Part shown: positions 27,165 through 35,446 of the stretch, piece by piece
Layout of the letters: the number at the start of each line of letters is the position of its first letter
How positions within the stretch are numbered: the first letter of the stretch is position 1
Virus record (IMG/VR): IMGVR_UViG_3300008107_000170
Origin: an uncultured virus (IMG/VR IMGVR_UViG_3300008107_000170)
Lineage: Duplodnaviria > Heunggongvirae > Uroviricota > Caudoviricetes
Direction: 5' to 3' (one strand)
DNA length: 64,000 bases
Position numbers and translations under genes: made by a program
The notes under the pieces: generated by a model
What the model was told of the DNA's origin: nothing
The model's database searches: none
The model's input: the letters and a program-made list of their open reading frames with translations, nothing else

Positions 27165-27896
27165 TTGACAAGCATAATTAAGTTTTTTTCTAATCGCTCT
27201 TGGCTAACCCCTAATAGCATGTCAAAGCCGGAACCTATCATAAAAACTATTCCAGAATGGTATAGAAAGTCGGACAAGTTTGCTGTAGACCCCGTGACCA
27301 ATGAAGTCTGGGTAGGCCCTGATGGCGGTAAAATGCCAACATGGAAAGCTTGTCCAGCAGTGTTTGATGTAATGGGCGCGGGGTATGCTCTTATGACCCC
27401 CTGTGATTTAGAGTTCTATCTAGACCAAGAGGGGGTTATACAGGTAAGAATAGAAAACCCCGCATACAAGGATTTTTGCACTAAACGTCCTCCAATGCCG
27501 CAGTTTAAAAACCCGGATGGATATCACCCTCACCATTTTGCTTGGTATCCTGACTGGGGAATCGGTGTTCCAGAAGGCTATAGCGTTCTTTACACCCAGC
27601 CTTTAAACAGGTTTGAGCTTCCTTTTTTAACCACTAGCGGAGTCGTTGACAACGATGTCATAAACCAGCCTGGAATGATGCCGTTTTTTCTTAGCAGGTC
27701 TTTCCTGGGCATCCTGCCCGCAGGCACTGTCTATGCGCAAATGCTGCCGTTTAAACGAGACAACTGGGAGTCTGAGACAGTTATTAGGTCACAAGAAGAG
27801 ATTGTTGAAAAATATAAAGAGTCGGCAGAAACATACAGAATACCTAATGGCGGAGTCTATAAAGACAAGGTTTGGACAAAGAGGTCCTACAAGTAA
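27165..27896 (+). CDS. DUF6065-like protein
   Basis: TWKACPAVFD...GY...P; W.I.VPEGYSVL.TQP.NR; SGVVDND; GT..AQ..PFKR. Confidence 0.55.
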   Translation: MTSIIKFFSNRSWLTPNSMSKPEPIIKTIPEWYRKSDKFAVDPVTNEVWVGPDGGKMPTWKACPAVFDVMGAGYALMTPCDLEFYLDQEGVIQVRIENPAYKDFCTKRPPMPQFKNPDGYHPHHFAWYPDWGIGVPEGYSVLYTQPLNRFELPFLTTSGVVDNDVINQPGMMPFFLSRSFLGILPAGTVYAQMLPFKRDNWESETVIRSQEEIVEKYKESAETYRIPNGGVYKDKVWTKRSYK

Positions 27897-28582
27897 TGAC
27901 GTTGTCGGATAGGGCTTACAAAACTATTTCGGAACTTCTTGCGGAAACCAGAGACAAAGGCGGCCGCTACGTAGAAGCCCCTGAGTTTGTAGTTGACGGC
28001 TATCCTAGGTCTGCTAATACATTCTTGGTTACCGCCTTAAACCTGTCCTGGCCTAATATGTCTGTGAAAAGTCACGGCCACGATTCAAAACATCTCTCAG
28101 CTGCTGACGGCCTAGTTCCGGTAGTATCGGTAATCAGAAACCCAGTAGACGCAATCGCCTCTTACGCTGTTCACCTATCCCTTTATGACCCAGATAGAAT
28201 CAATAATTTAGATTTATTGATTGGCCTCTACGGGGACATGTCGAAGCAAGCCCTCGACAATCCACATGTGCTCGCTATCCCATTTGAGGAAGTAGTCTCT
28301 GATGTAGCCGGCACACTAGACTTGCTAGAGAGCAAATACGCGCTGAAGAATAGGGTGCGCGTTAGTCCTGAGGAAATACTCAGTCAGACGCAAGACCTTA
28401 GTAAGCGGGTTAATTTAGATAAAGAGGCGTTTACTAAAATGGGCCATGTTCCTAGAGACAAGGACCCGGTACACGCAGAAGTTTTGGCAAAACTGCAAGG
28501 CCCAGAGCATGAGAGGGTGCTAAGCAGATTGACTAAGCTGTATAACAGCGTAATTGCCCAGTATTACTCGGGTAATAAATGA
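27896..28582 (+). CDS. Sulfotransferase-like P-loop protein
   Basis: 5'-PSB-like DGYPRSANTFL and 3'-PB-like VIRNPVDAIAS; ATG 27896 via TAATG coupling. Confidence 0.65.
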   Translation: MTLSDRAYKTISELLAETRDKGGRYVEAPEFVVDGYPRSANTFLVTALNLSWPNMSVKSHGHDSKHLSAADGLVPVVSVIRNPVDAIASYAVHLSLYDPDRINNLDLLIGLYGDMSKQALDNPHVLAIPFEEVVSDVAGTLDLLESKYALKNRVRVSPEEILSQTQDLSKRVNLDKEAFTKMGHVPRDKDPVHAEVLAKLQGPEHERVLSRLTKLYNSVIAQYYSGNK

Positions 28583-28739
28583 TAATCTATAGGGGAATTA
28601 TATAAGGCTTACCTGGTGTGCAGGTGAGGAATGAAATACCCGACAAGGTACGAGAGTAAAGCCCTCTGCAGAGGTGACAGGGGGCTTTACTTATTCCCCG
28701 ACAAAGGGACAATATTTAAGTATACTGAAAAAGAGTATT

Positions 28740-29273
28740 ATGAGAGCGTATACACCAGGCGGCCGATTCGACTCAGACTTCGAATCAGACAGTATCAGTG
28801 ATGGTATCACTGAGGACTTAACCAACCCTGCCGGAACCATGGCTAAGTGGTGGAAGTATAACGCAGCCGCATCTGTTAAAGACCCTGTGTATGACGTAGA
28901 GCCAGTAGGCGCTGGTCGCGTGTGGACAGGCGCGTTTGACCTAAAGGTAGCCAGGGCAACCCTGACTCAGGGCTCTAACGCACTTAACGAGCGCGGTTTC
29001 TACAACGTTGACGTTCTGCACCTAACCACCAACATTGATGACCTTTACGACATTAGCCCTGAGTTGTTCCTGAATCGTGCGCTAATTAGCCCTAATATTG
29101 ACTTAGCAAACAAGTACCGCGTTGTATGGAAAAACCAGGTTTACCGCCCAATCCGTACACAATCAGCCGGACTAGTAGCCGAGCGCCACACCCTAGTAGT
29201 TCTTGACCTTATCCAGGTAGCTCCAGATGAGCTGGTAAACGACACCCAGTTCCTGGCCTACGCCCAACCATAG
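28740..29273 (+). CDS. Head closure / head-tail connector-type protein
   Basis: Position in morphogenesis order; ATG 28740 (MRAYTPGGRF). Confidence 0.6.
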   Translation: MRAYTPGGRFDSDFESDSISDGITEDLTNPAGTMAKWWKYNAAASVKDPVYDVEPVGAGRVWTGAFDLKVARATLTQGSNALNERGFYNVDVLHLTTNIDDLYDISPELFLNRALISPNIDLANKYRVVWKNQVYRPIRTQSAGLVAERHTLVVLDLIQVAPDELVNDTQFLAYAQP

Positions 29274-29280
29274 GAAAAAA

Positions 29281-29821
29281 ATGGCTAAAGATAAAAACCC
29301 TGACCCGTATTTTGTGACTCAAATTAAAGACCTTGAGGGTAACTACCATGATTATGAGGTCACCAATAATGCTGATTTTGCGCACCAGACCCATAAAATC
29401 ATCACTAAACATTTTCCTCACTATGAGCCTGTATTAGTTACCAGAAATGACGGTGACTATGAGAAGTCAACTACAGTGGACGCGCAGAAGAAAAGATATA
29501 AGAACTACAGCCAGGTTACGCGAGATGTTGATGCCAAGAAGAGCGCTGNNNNNNNNNNNNNNNNNNNNNNNNNNNNNNNNNNNNNNNNNNNNNNNNNNNN
29601 NNNNNNNNNNNNNNNNNNNNNNNNNCGCTGCTAAGCCAGCCGCTGCTAAGCCAGCCGCTGCTAAGCCAGCCGCTGCTAAGCCAGCCGCTGCTAAGCCAGC
29701 CGCTGCTAAGCCAGCCGCTGCTAAGCCAGCCGCTAAGAAGGCAGCCCCTGCTGTTAAGCCAGCAGCTAAGCCAGCAGCTAAGCCAGCAGTCAAGAAGGCT
29801 GCTGCACCGAAGAAGAAGTAA
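29281..29821 (+). CDS. Protein with histone H1-like (AAKPA)n tail spanning an assembly gap
   Basis: N-terminal globular part, N-gap 29549-29625, then AAKPA repeats ending KKAAAPKKK; frame across the gap is unknown. Confidence 0.65.
29626..29730 (+). repeat. 15-bp tandem repeat CGCTGCTAAGCCAGC (7 visible copies)
   Basis: Perfect copies abutting the N-gap. Confidence 0.95.
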
Positions 29822-29991
29822 TGGACAAGAAGAAGCCCGTCTGGGAAAAGCCAGACCCTACCAAAAAAGACAAGCCGCTATCTAGCAAGAAGAAGGCTGC
29901 CGCCAAGGCTAAGGCCAAGGCTGCTGGTCGTCCTTACCCTAACCTAGTAGACAACATGAACGCAGCAAAGAAGAAGAAAAATGGCAAGTGA
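29821..29991 (+). CDS. Small Lys-rich protein (56 aa, not in ORF track)
   Basis: MDKKKPVWEKP...AKAAGRPYPNLVDNMNAAKKKKNGK. Confidence 0.75.
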   Translation: MDKKKPVWEKPDPTKKDKPLSSKKKAAAKAKAKAAGRPYPNLVDNMNAAKKKKNGK

Positions 29992-30298
29992 AGCTTGGCA
30001 GAAAAAAGAAGGCAAGGCCAAGAAGGGCGGCCTGAATGAAAAGGGCCGTAAGTCTTACGAGAAGGCCAACCCTGGCTCTGACCTAAAAGCCCCAGTTAAG
30101 TCTGGGGACAACCCTCGCCGTGCCTCGTTCTTGGCACGCATGGGCGGAAACCCTGGCCCAGAGCGTAAACCAAATGGCGAACCTACTCGTCTTCTGCTAT
30201 CATTGCAGGCATGGGGAGCATCCTCAAAAGCCGACGCTAAGAAGAAGGCTGCGGCTATGTCTAAGCGACTAGAAAGCAAGAAGAAGAGTGGCAAATAA
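29981..30298 (+). CDS. Basic protein, DUF6321-like
   Basis: AWQKKEGK..KGGLNEKGRKSY...LKAP...RRASFLARM. Confidence 0.7.
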   Translation: MASEAWQKKEGKAKKGGLNEKGRKSYEKANPGSDLKAPVKSGDNPRRASFLARMGGNPGPERKPNGEPTRLLLSLQAWGASSKADAKKKAAAMSKRLESKKKSGK

Positions 30299-30476
30299 AA
30301 AGCCTTCGCCTTTGAACAGGGCGGCTCAGGCTCGGCGTAACGCTGAGTCTAAGGCGCTTCAACCAAAACTTAAAGCTGCTGCTAAGGGCACTGGCCCTAT
30401 CAAGAGCGCAGCTGAAAAGCGGATGAGCACCCGCTCAGCTGTAAAGAACAATGCCATCAAGGACCAGGAGAAATAA
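30288..30476 (+). CDS. Small Lys/Ala-rich protein
   Basis: 62 aa basic ORF in the cluster. Confidence 0.65.
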   Translation: MANKKPSPLNRAAQARRNAESKALQPKLKAAAKGTGPIKSAAEKRMSTRSAVKNNAIKDQEK

Positions 30477-30527
30477 TTATGTGCAATGGAAACTGCACCT
30501 GTGGCAAGGAAAAGAAGGAGCCTACTA

Positions 30528-30722
30528 ATGGCTAACACCCCAAAACCAGTTCGTAAGACCAGAGCTGCCGGTATGGCAGTGTCTAGGGCTAGCGGCACTA
30601 AAAAAGAGCCTGGCGCTTACGCTAAGTTTGAAAGAGCTTCAGACAAGATGGCTAAGGGCGGTCCAAAGAAGGTCGGCGGAGCGCCTAAATCACAAGGGCC
30701 TAAATCGAAAGGAGCCTACTAA
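30528..30722 (+). CDS. Small Lys-rich protein
   Basis: ATG 30528 (MANTPK) after AAGGAG RBS. Confidence 0.7.
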   Translation: MANTPKPVRKTRAAGMAVSRASGTKKEPGAYAKFERASDKMAKGGPKKVGGAPKSQGPKSKGAY

Positions 30723-30994
30723 TGGCTAACGCTAGACAGTTAAAGAAAATGGGTCAAACGGCATACAAAGCCGATTCCGGAAAAACCGATAGCCCTAAGG
30801 CGCGAGCAATCTCTAAAAAAACTACTAAAATTGTTAACAACGCTCGGTCAAATAAAACTTTTGATTTTAAAAGAACCCCGGCAGAGAACAAGGGTAGCGT
30901 AGTAAAGGGTCAAACTGGAAAAAAAGCTAACGCAGTAATTGAAGGCCGAATTAGCGAAGTTAAAAAAGAGGCTAAGAAGGGCGGGAGCAAATAA
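30722..30994 (+). CDS. Small Lys-rich protein
   Basis: 90 aa; AAGGAG RBS; TAATG coupling. Confidence 0.7.
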   Translation: MANARQLKKMGQTAYKADSGKTDSPKARAISKKTTKIVNNARSNKTFDFKRTPAENKGSVVKGQTGKKANAVIEGRISEVKKEAKKGGSK

Positions 30995-31245
30995 TGGCTA
31001 AGAAACCAGCATTCCTAAAAGGTAAGTACACCGATGAAAAGGACAAGAAGAAAGACGCCGAAATGACTAAGCGTCTAAGTCCTAAGGAAAAGGCTAAGTT
31101 CAAAGAAGAAGACAAAAAGCACCCAAAGCCAAAGACCATGGCTGAGGACAAGGCTTCGGACGCCAAGATTATCAAGGACATCAAGTCTAATCGTAAGCCA
31201 GCACCTAAGGGCAAAGCACCTGCTAAGAAGCCAGGTAAGAAGTAG
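30994..31245 (+). CDS. Small Lys/Asp-rich protein
   Basis: 83 aa, followed by a terminator. Confidence 0.7.
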   Translation: MAKKPAFLKGKYTDEKDKKKDAEMTKRLSPKEKAKFKEEDKKHPKPKTMAEDKASDAKIIKDIKSNRKPAPKGKAPAKKPGKK

Positions 31246-31263
31246 CCTTAAACAGTTTAGATT

Positions 31264-31291
31264 AGCCCTGCGAAAGCGGGGCTTTTCTTTT
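31264..31291 (+). terminator. Intrinsic terminator
   Basis: AGCCCTGC-GAAA-GCGGGGCT followed by TTTCTTTT. Confidence 0.85.
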
Positions 31292-31363
31292 ATTCTAAGA
31301 GTGGCTCTATGCGGGAGCCGTACCACCCTTGCGCTGTATCTTGCTTACTCTATTGGAGACGTA

Positions 31364-31534
31364 ATGTCTAGCATTTCTAGAGACCCGAAACGAAAGGTCT
31401 CCGAGCCTACCGAGGCTGATTTCGCCAGAGGTATCGCTGGCAGTGCTGACCTTACACGCGGAACCGCCAGTTTCTTGGTATCGCTTGCCGCAAATATCCT
31501 ATTGAGTAAATCAAGACAGCGGAGGAAGCGTTGA
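31364..31534 (+). CDS. Hypothetical protein
   Basis: ATG 31364 after GGAG RBS. Confidence 0.55.
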   Translation: MSSISRDPKRKVSEPTEADFARGIAGSADLTRGTASFLVSLAANILLSKSRQRRKR

Positions 31535-31851
31535 GTATAGTACCAACCTTAACCGCATCAATTAAGTCCCTAGAGACTCACTTTACCAAAGAACTACACA
31601 ATGTAGCTAAGGCCGCCGGTTGGCCTGAGGACATCTACTCTCAGCTTAGGGTCGTATCTGACCAGGACGGCGTTGGAATACGAGTCCCTATGAAGATTGA
31701 AAAAGAAGTTGGCGACCTAGAATACGGGATTATTGGCGGACCAGCCGCGCCTGTTCTTAGGAAGTTTGCTAACCACATCTCTCAGACGCTTGCCAATAAC
31801 ATCGTAGACACCTCCCTAGACCGCCTAGTAGCAGAGGGGGTAATCCCGTGA
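31531..31851 (+). CDS. Neck/tail-completion-type protein
   Basis: A.AAGWP...DLEYG...P.PVLRKF motif; position. Confidence 0.55.
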   Translation: MSIVPTLTASIKSLETHFTKELHNVAKAAGWPEDIYSQLRVVSDQDGVGIRVPMKIEKEVGDLEYGIIGGPAAPVLRKFANHISQTLANNIVDTSLDRLVAEGVIP

Positions 31852-32459
31852 GTTATCTATTTAGCGAAGACGCTGCCCTAAAGTCTTTCCTGCAAGGGTT
31901 CACTGTCTCAGATGAGAAGGTGGCCAGCCGCCCTGTTCAGGTCTGGTATGTTACCCCGGACCTTGAGTTTAGAAACCAGTCTTTCCCGTTCATAACACTA
32001 GAGCTTATTGACTCAGTTCCTGCTACTTACAGGCAGCACTCTGGAGTTGTAGTTGACAATGACCGTCAGGGCACTGTTACTCCTGTGGCTAACAAGGCTT
32101 ACAGGTACGAAATCCCTATCGCGTGGGACCTTACCTACCAGATAACTACCTATGCTCGTCACCCGAGGCACGACCGTTTGCTTATCGCTAATCTTCTAAA
32201 TAAAGCTTTCCCAGGCAAGCGTGGTTACTTGCCTGTGCGTAATGACCTGAACACTGAGACGGGATACCGTCACATGTTCCTAGATGAATTCACTAAACGA
32301 GACACCGTAGAGGATGGGCGACGCCTGTACCGAAACGTATTCACCGTTTCAGTGACAAGTGAGGGCAGCGTTTCTCAGACACCGTCTGTAAGAGAAGTCG
32401 CAACCGTCCTTATCAACGACACAACTGAAAACATCCCAGCTGGAATACAAATCGTCTAA
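31848..32459 (+). CDS. Tail terminator / completion protein
   Basis: FPFITLELID, DLTYQITTY; directly before the sheath gene. Confidence 0.65.
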   Translation: MSYLFSEDAALKSFLQGFTVSDEKVASRPVQVWYVTPDLEFRNQSFPFITLELIDSVPATYRQHSGVVVDNDRQGTVTPVANKAYRYEIPIAWDLTYQITTYARHPRHDRLLIANLLNKAFPGKRGYLPVRNDLNTETGYRHMFLDEFTKRDTVEDGRRLYRNVFTVSVTSEGSVSQTPSVREVATVLINDTTENIPAGIQIV

Positions 32460-32501
32460 CACCCGTTCATTTACGAAAACTAAAGTCAAGGAGAATACCT
32501 T

Positions 32502-33823
32502 ATGACGTACCTACGTCCCGGTGTCTACGTTGAAGAAACCCTCAACGCTATTGCACCAGTTGTCGGTGCTGCGTCTACCTCTGTGGCTGCCTTTGTAGGC
32601 ACCATTGACCGTGGGCCAGTTACCCCTACCCTAGTTACCTCGTGGTCTCAATACACTAGCCTATTTGGCTCGTGGGGCACGAACAACGATGTGACTACCG
32701 CAGTGTACTTGTTCTTTGCTAACGGAGGAAGCCAGTGCTACATTAGACGTGTAGTGTCTTCTACAGCTGCAGCAGCAACTCGTACGCTAAATGACACCAA
32801 CAGCACACCTGCCGCTACTCTTGCTATAGCTGCAAAAAACCCAGGTACTTGGGGTAACAGCGTATACGTTGCAGTTGATGAGTCTACCGTAACCGGCTAT
32901 GTAAACATCACCGTATTCTACGGCGGAACAACTCAGGCGTATGCTGTAGAGCGATTCCCAGATGTAACCATGCTTACAACTGACCCACGCTATGCAGTTG
33001 CAATTATTAACGCTACCTCTAAGTACGTTACTGCTACGGACTCTAGTGCAGGAGACTCGCACAGCGCACTAGATAACCCAGCTACCACTGGTGGAACTCC
33101 ACTAGCCTTGTCTAGCGGTAGTAACGGTACCTCTGTTACCACAGCAAACATTGTTGCCGGGGTTACTGCGTTTGACACAGTTAACTCGTCTCTAATCCTT
33201 AACGCACCTGGTGTAACTGGCGCTACTGACGTAAACGCTTTGATTACCTATGCAGAAGGACGCGGAGACGTATTCGTTGTAATCGACGCATTGAACGACA
33301 CTGTATCAGCGCAGATAACCCGTGCTGCTCAGTACTCGTCAAGCTCTTACGCAGCGAACTACTACCCCAACCTAACAATTCCAAGCCCTACCTCAACTGC
33401 TTCAGGTGCAACTGTAACCGCTCCTTGTGGTGCAGCAGTCATCGGACGCATGGTGTCTACCGACGCATCTCGTGGTGTGTTTAAGGCTCCAGCAGGGTTC
33501 GTCGTAGCCTTATTTACCTACGCAAGGCGCTTACTGACCTGACTTCATTTGCTGTATTTGAGCCAAATGACTTCAGACTATGGAGCCAGATTACCTCAGC
33601 ACTAGAGGCATTCCTTACTGACTTCTGGCAGCAGGGTGGCCTTCGAGGTCTAGCTCCTGCTGACGCCTACTTTGTTAAGTGTGACTCAGAGAACAACCCT
33701 ACTGAGTCAATTGACCAAGGTGAGGTAAACATTGAAGTCGGTGTGGCTCTACAGCGCCCTGCTGAATTCGTAGTTATCCGCATTAGCCAATACGACAGCG
33801 GCGCTGTTGTAACCGTATCCTAG
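32502..33823 (+). pseudogene. Tail sheath protein gene, internally deleted and frameshifted as assembled
   Basis: YLRPGVYVEE ... RGVFKAPAG in one frame; VRRSLIYL...FEPND...ALQRPAEFVVIRI in the -1 frame at 33497-33823. Confidence 0.85.
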
Positions 33824-33834
33824 GAGGAACATAA

Positions 33835-34434
33835 ATGGCAACCAGCAGCATCTCACGCTTCTCTAAGTTGGAGACGGACCCGCTAAGAAATTTTAGGTTC
33901 CTAGTGAACTTTACATTCTCTTCTGGCGGTGACAGCAACAATGAGCCTAGCGCATGGCGCAGCTTTACCGGTGGCTTTACTCAGGTAACCGGTCTAAGCA
34001 CGTCTATTCAAAGTATCGGATACCGTGAAGGCGGTTTTAACACCACCCTTCACTACGTTCCTGGTCAGGCATCATTCCAACCAATTTCGCTTCAGCGAGG
34101 CGTATTGTACGGAAAGTCAGAGGCCATCAACTGGATGAAGCAGCTATTCACTGCAGCAGCCGGTGAAGGTATTCCAGGCTCTGGCGGAAAGAACTTCCGT
34201 TGCAACTTGGAAATCCTTGTCCTTGACCACCCAATCGTAGCCTCACCACAGCTAACCGCATCTGGTGCTGGAGACGCTTACAGCCCAACCGCCTACAAGA
34301 TGAAGTTCATTGTCCACAACGCATGGATTACGAGCCTAAACTTTAGCGGCCTAAGCGCAGCTGACAACAACTTGATGTACGAAGACATGACCTTGGTACA
34401 CGAGGGCTTGTCAGTCAGCTTCGTAAACAACTAA
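33835..34434 (+). CDS. Tail tube protein (T4 gp19-like)
   Basis: DPLRNFRFLV, GFTQVTGL, YREGG, ISLQRG, NAW, LVHEG. Confidence 0.9.
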   Translation: MATSSISRFSKLETDPLRNFRFLVNFTFSSGGDSNNEPSAWRSFTGGFTQVTGLSTSIQSIGYREGGFNTTLHYVPGQASFQPISLQRGVLYGKSEAINWMKQLFTAAAGEGIPGSGGKNFRCNLEILVLDHPIVASPQLTASGAGDAYSPTAYKMKFIVHNAWITSLNFSGLSAADNNLMYEDMTLVHEGLSVSFVNN

Positions 34435-34486
34435 ATATTTTAGTTGTTAAACTAATAGGTAAACCCGAATTAACTAGGAGCATTAA

Positions 34487-35284
34487 ATGGAGAACTTTAC
34501 TAGCGACCCAAACGCTATAAACGCAGCAGCAGCCGAACTCGAGAATCCGGAAAAACCTGCTATTAAGACGGTAGCACCGTCTAAGACTGAGGTGTCGCTC
34601 CCCGGCGGTTTCATAGCCGGGGACGGCAGCCTCGTCAAGTACGCAGAAGTACGAGAGCTTACTGGCTCAGATGAAGAGGCCATTTCTAGGGCAGGGTCTA
34701 TCGGCAGAGTGCTGGTAGCCATGTTGCAGAGAGGCTTAGTTTCAATCGGTGACCAGACGGTGAAGAAGGAAGACTTGGATAGCTTGCTAAGCGGAGACCG
34801 AGACACAATTCTACTCGGCATTCGAAAAGTAACATTTGGCGACTCTATCGACTACAACCTTACCTGCCCTAGCTGCTCCACAGAGCTAGATGTAACGGTG
34901 GATTTGAATAAGGACATCCCTTACAAAAATCTTGAAGACCCAATTAACGAGCGAAGCTTTACGTACAAGTCAAAGACCAAGGGAGACATCGTTATCTCTC
35001 TACCTAATGGTATGACGCAAAAGAAACTTCTGGAGAACAACGACAAGACCAGAGCAGAGCTAAACACCATTCTGCTTGCGGGCTGCGTTGACTCCGTAGA
35101 CGGAAAGGTGTCCCTCGGGGCATCAACCGTACTAGGTCTTGGCATGGCTGACCGAGAGGCCATCATTGCTGAGATTGTAGACCGTAACCCGGGCCCACGC
35201 CTCGGGGAGGTGAAGACGACCTGCGAGGCTTGCGGAGAGGACATTCCTATGCCGCTGTCGTTAGCAGACTTGTTTCGTCTATAA
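34487..35284 (+). CDS. Tail/baseplate assembly chaperone (T4 gp26-like)
   Basis: VRELTGSDEE, GDRDTILLGIR..TFG, two CxxC; lies between tube and tape measure. Confidence 0.7.
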   Translation: MENFTSDPNAINAAAAELENPEKPAIKTVAPSKTEVSLPGGFIAGDGSLVKYAEVRELTGSDEEAISRAGSIGRVLVAMLQRGLVSIGDQTVKKEDLDSLLSGDRDTILLGIRKVTFGDSIDYNLTCPSCSTELDVTVDLNKDIPYKNLEDPINERSFTYKSKTKGDIVISLPNGMTQKKLLENNDKTRAELNTILLAGCVDSVDGKVSLGASTVLGLGMADREAIIAEIVDRNPGPRLGEVKTTCEACGEDIPMPLSLADLFRL

Positions 35285-35435
35285 AGAATCAGATTACGAA
35301 GCACTACTCGACCAGTACGAAGCATTATCCCGTTTCTTCCCTGGATGGACGCTCTCTGATATTAAAGAGCTTTCTTCCAGAGAACGTAATAACTGGCTGT
35401 CGCGAGCGGCTGGAAGAAAAAATACTGGTAAGTAG
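35274..35435 (+). CDS. Start-less +1-frame extension of the chaperone (putative frameshift product)
   Basis: Open frame YKESDYEALLDQYEALSRFFPGWTLSDIKELSSRERNNWL with no ATG/GTG/TTG. Confidence 0.6.
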   Translation, partial: FVYKESDYEALLDQYEALSRFFPGWTLSDIKELSSRERNNWLSRAAGRKNTGK

Positions 35436-35446
35436 AAGGTAATAAC

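Noticed and set aside
28579..28739. Gene or ncRNA between the sulfotransferase-like and head-closure genes
   Set aside because: Only an 8-codon ORF and a terminator-like hairpin (GTAAAGCCC...GGGCTTTAC); nothing further is supportable
29447..29821. Separate ORFs or a frameshift around the N-run
   Set aside because: The gap length is an estimate, so frame across it is uninformative; a single gene is more parsimonious
7975..31300. Shared late promoter motif (GTTTA... about 21-25 nt before TANNNT) upstream of several structural operons
   Set aside because: The motif is short and the spacing variable; I cannot separate it from AT-rich background by eye
33490..33500. Programmed -1 frameshift in the sheath gene
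   Set aside because: No canonical slippery heptamer, and a conserved segment is missing, so a frameshift would not restore a full sheath
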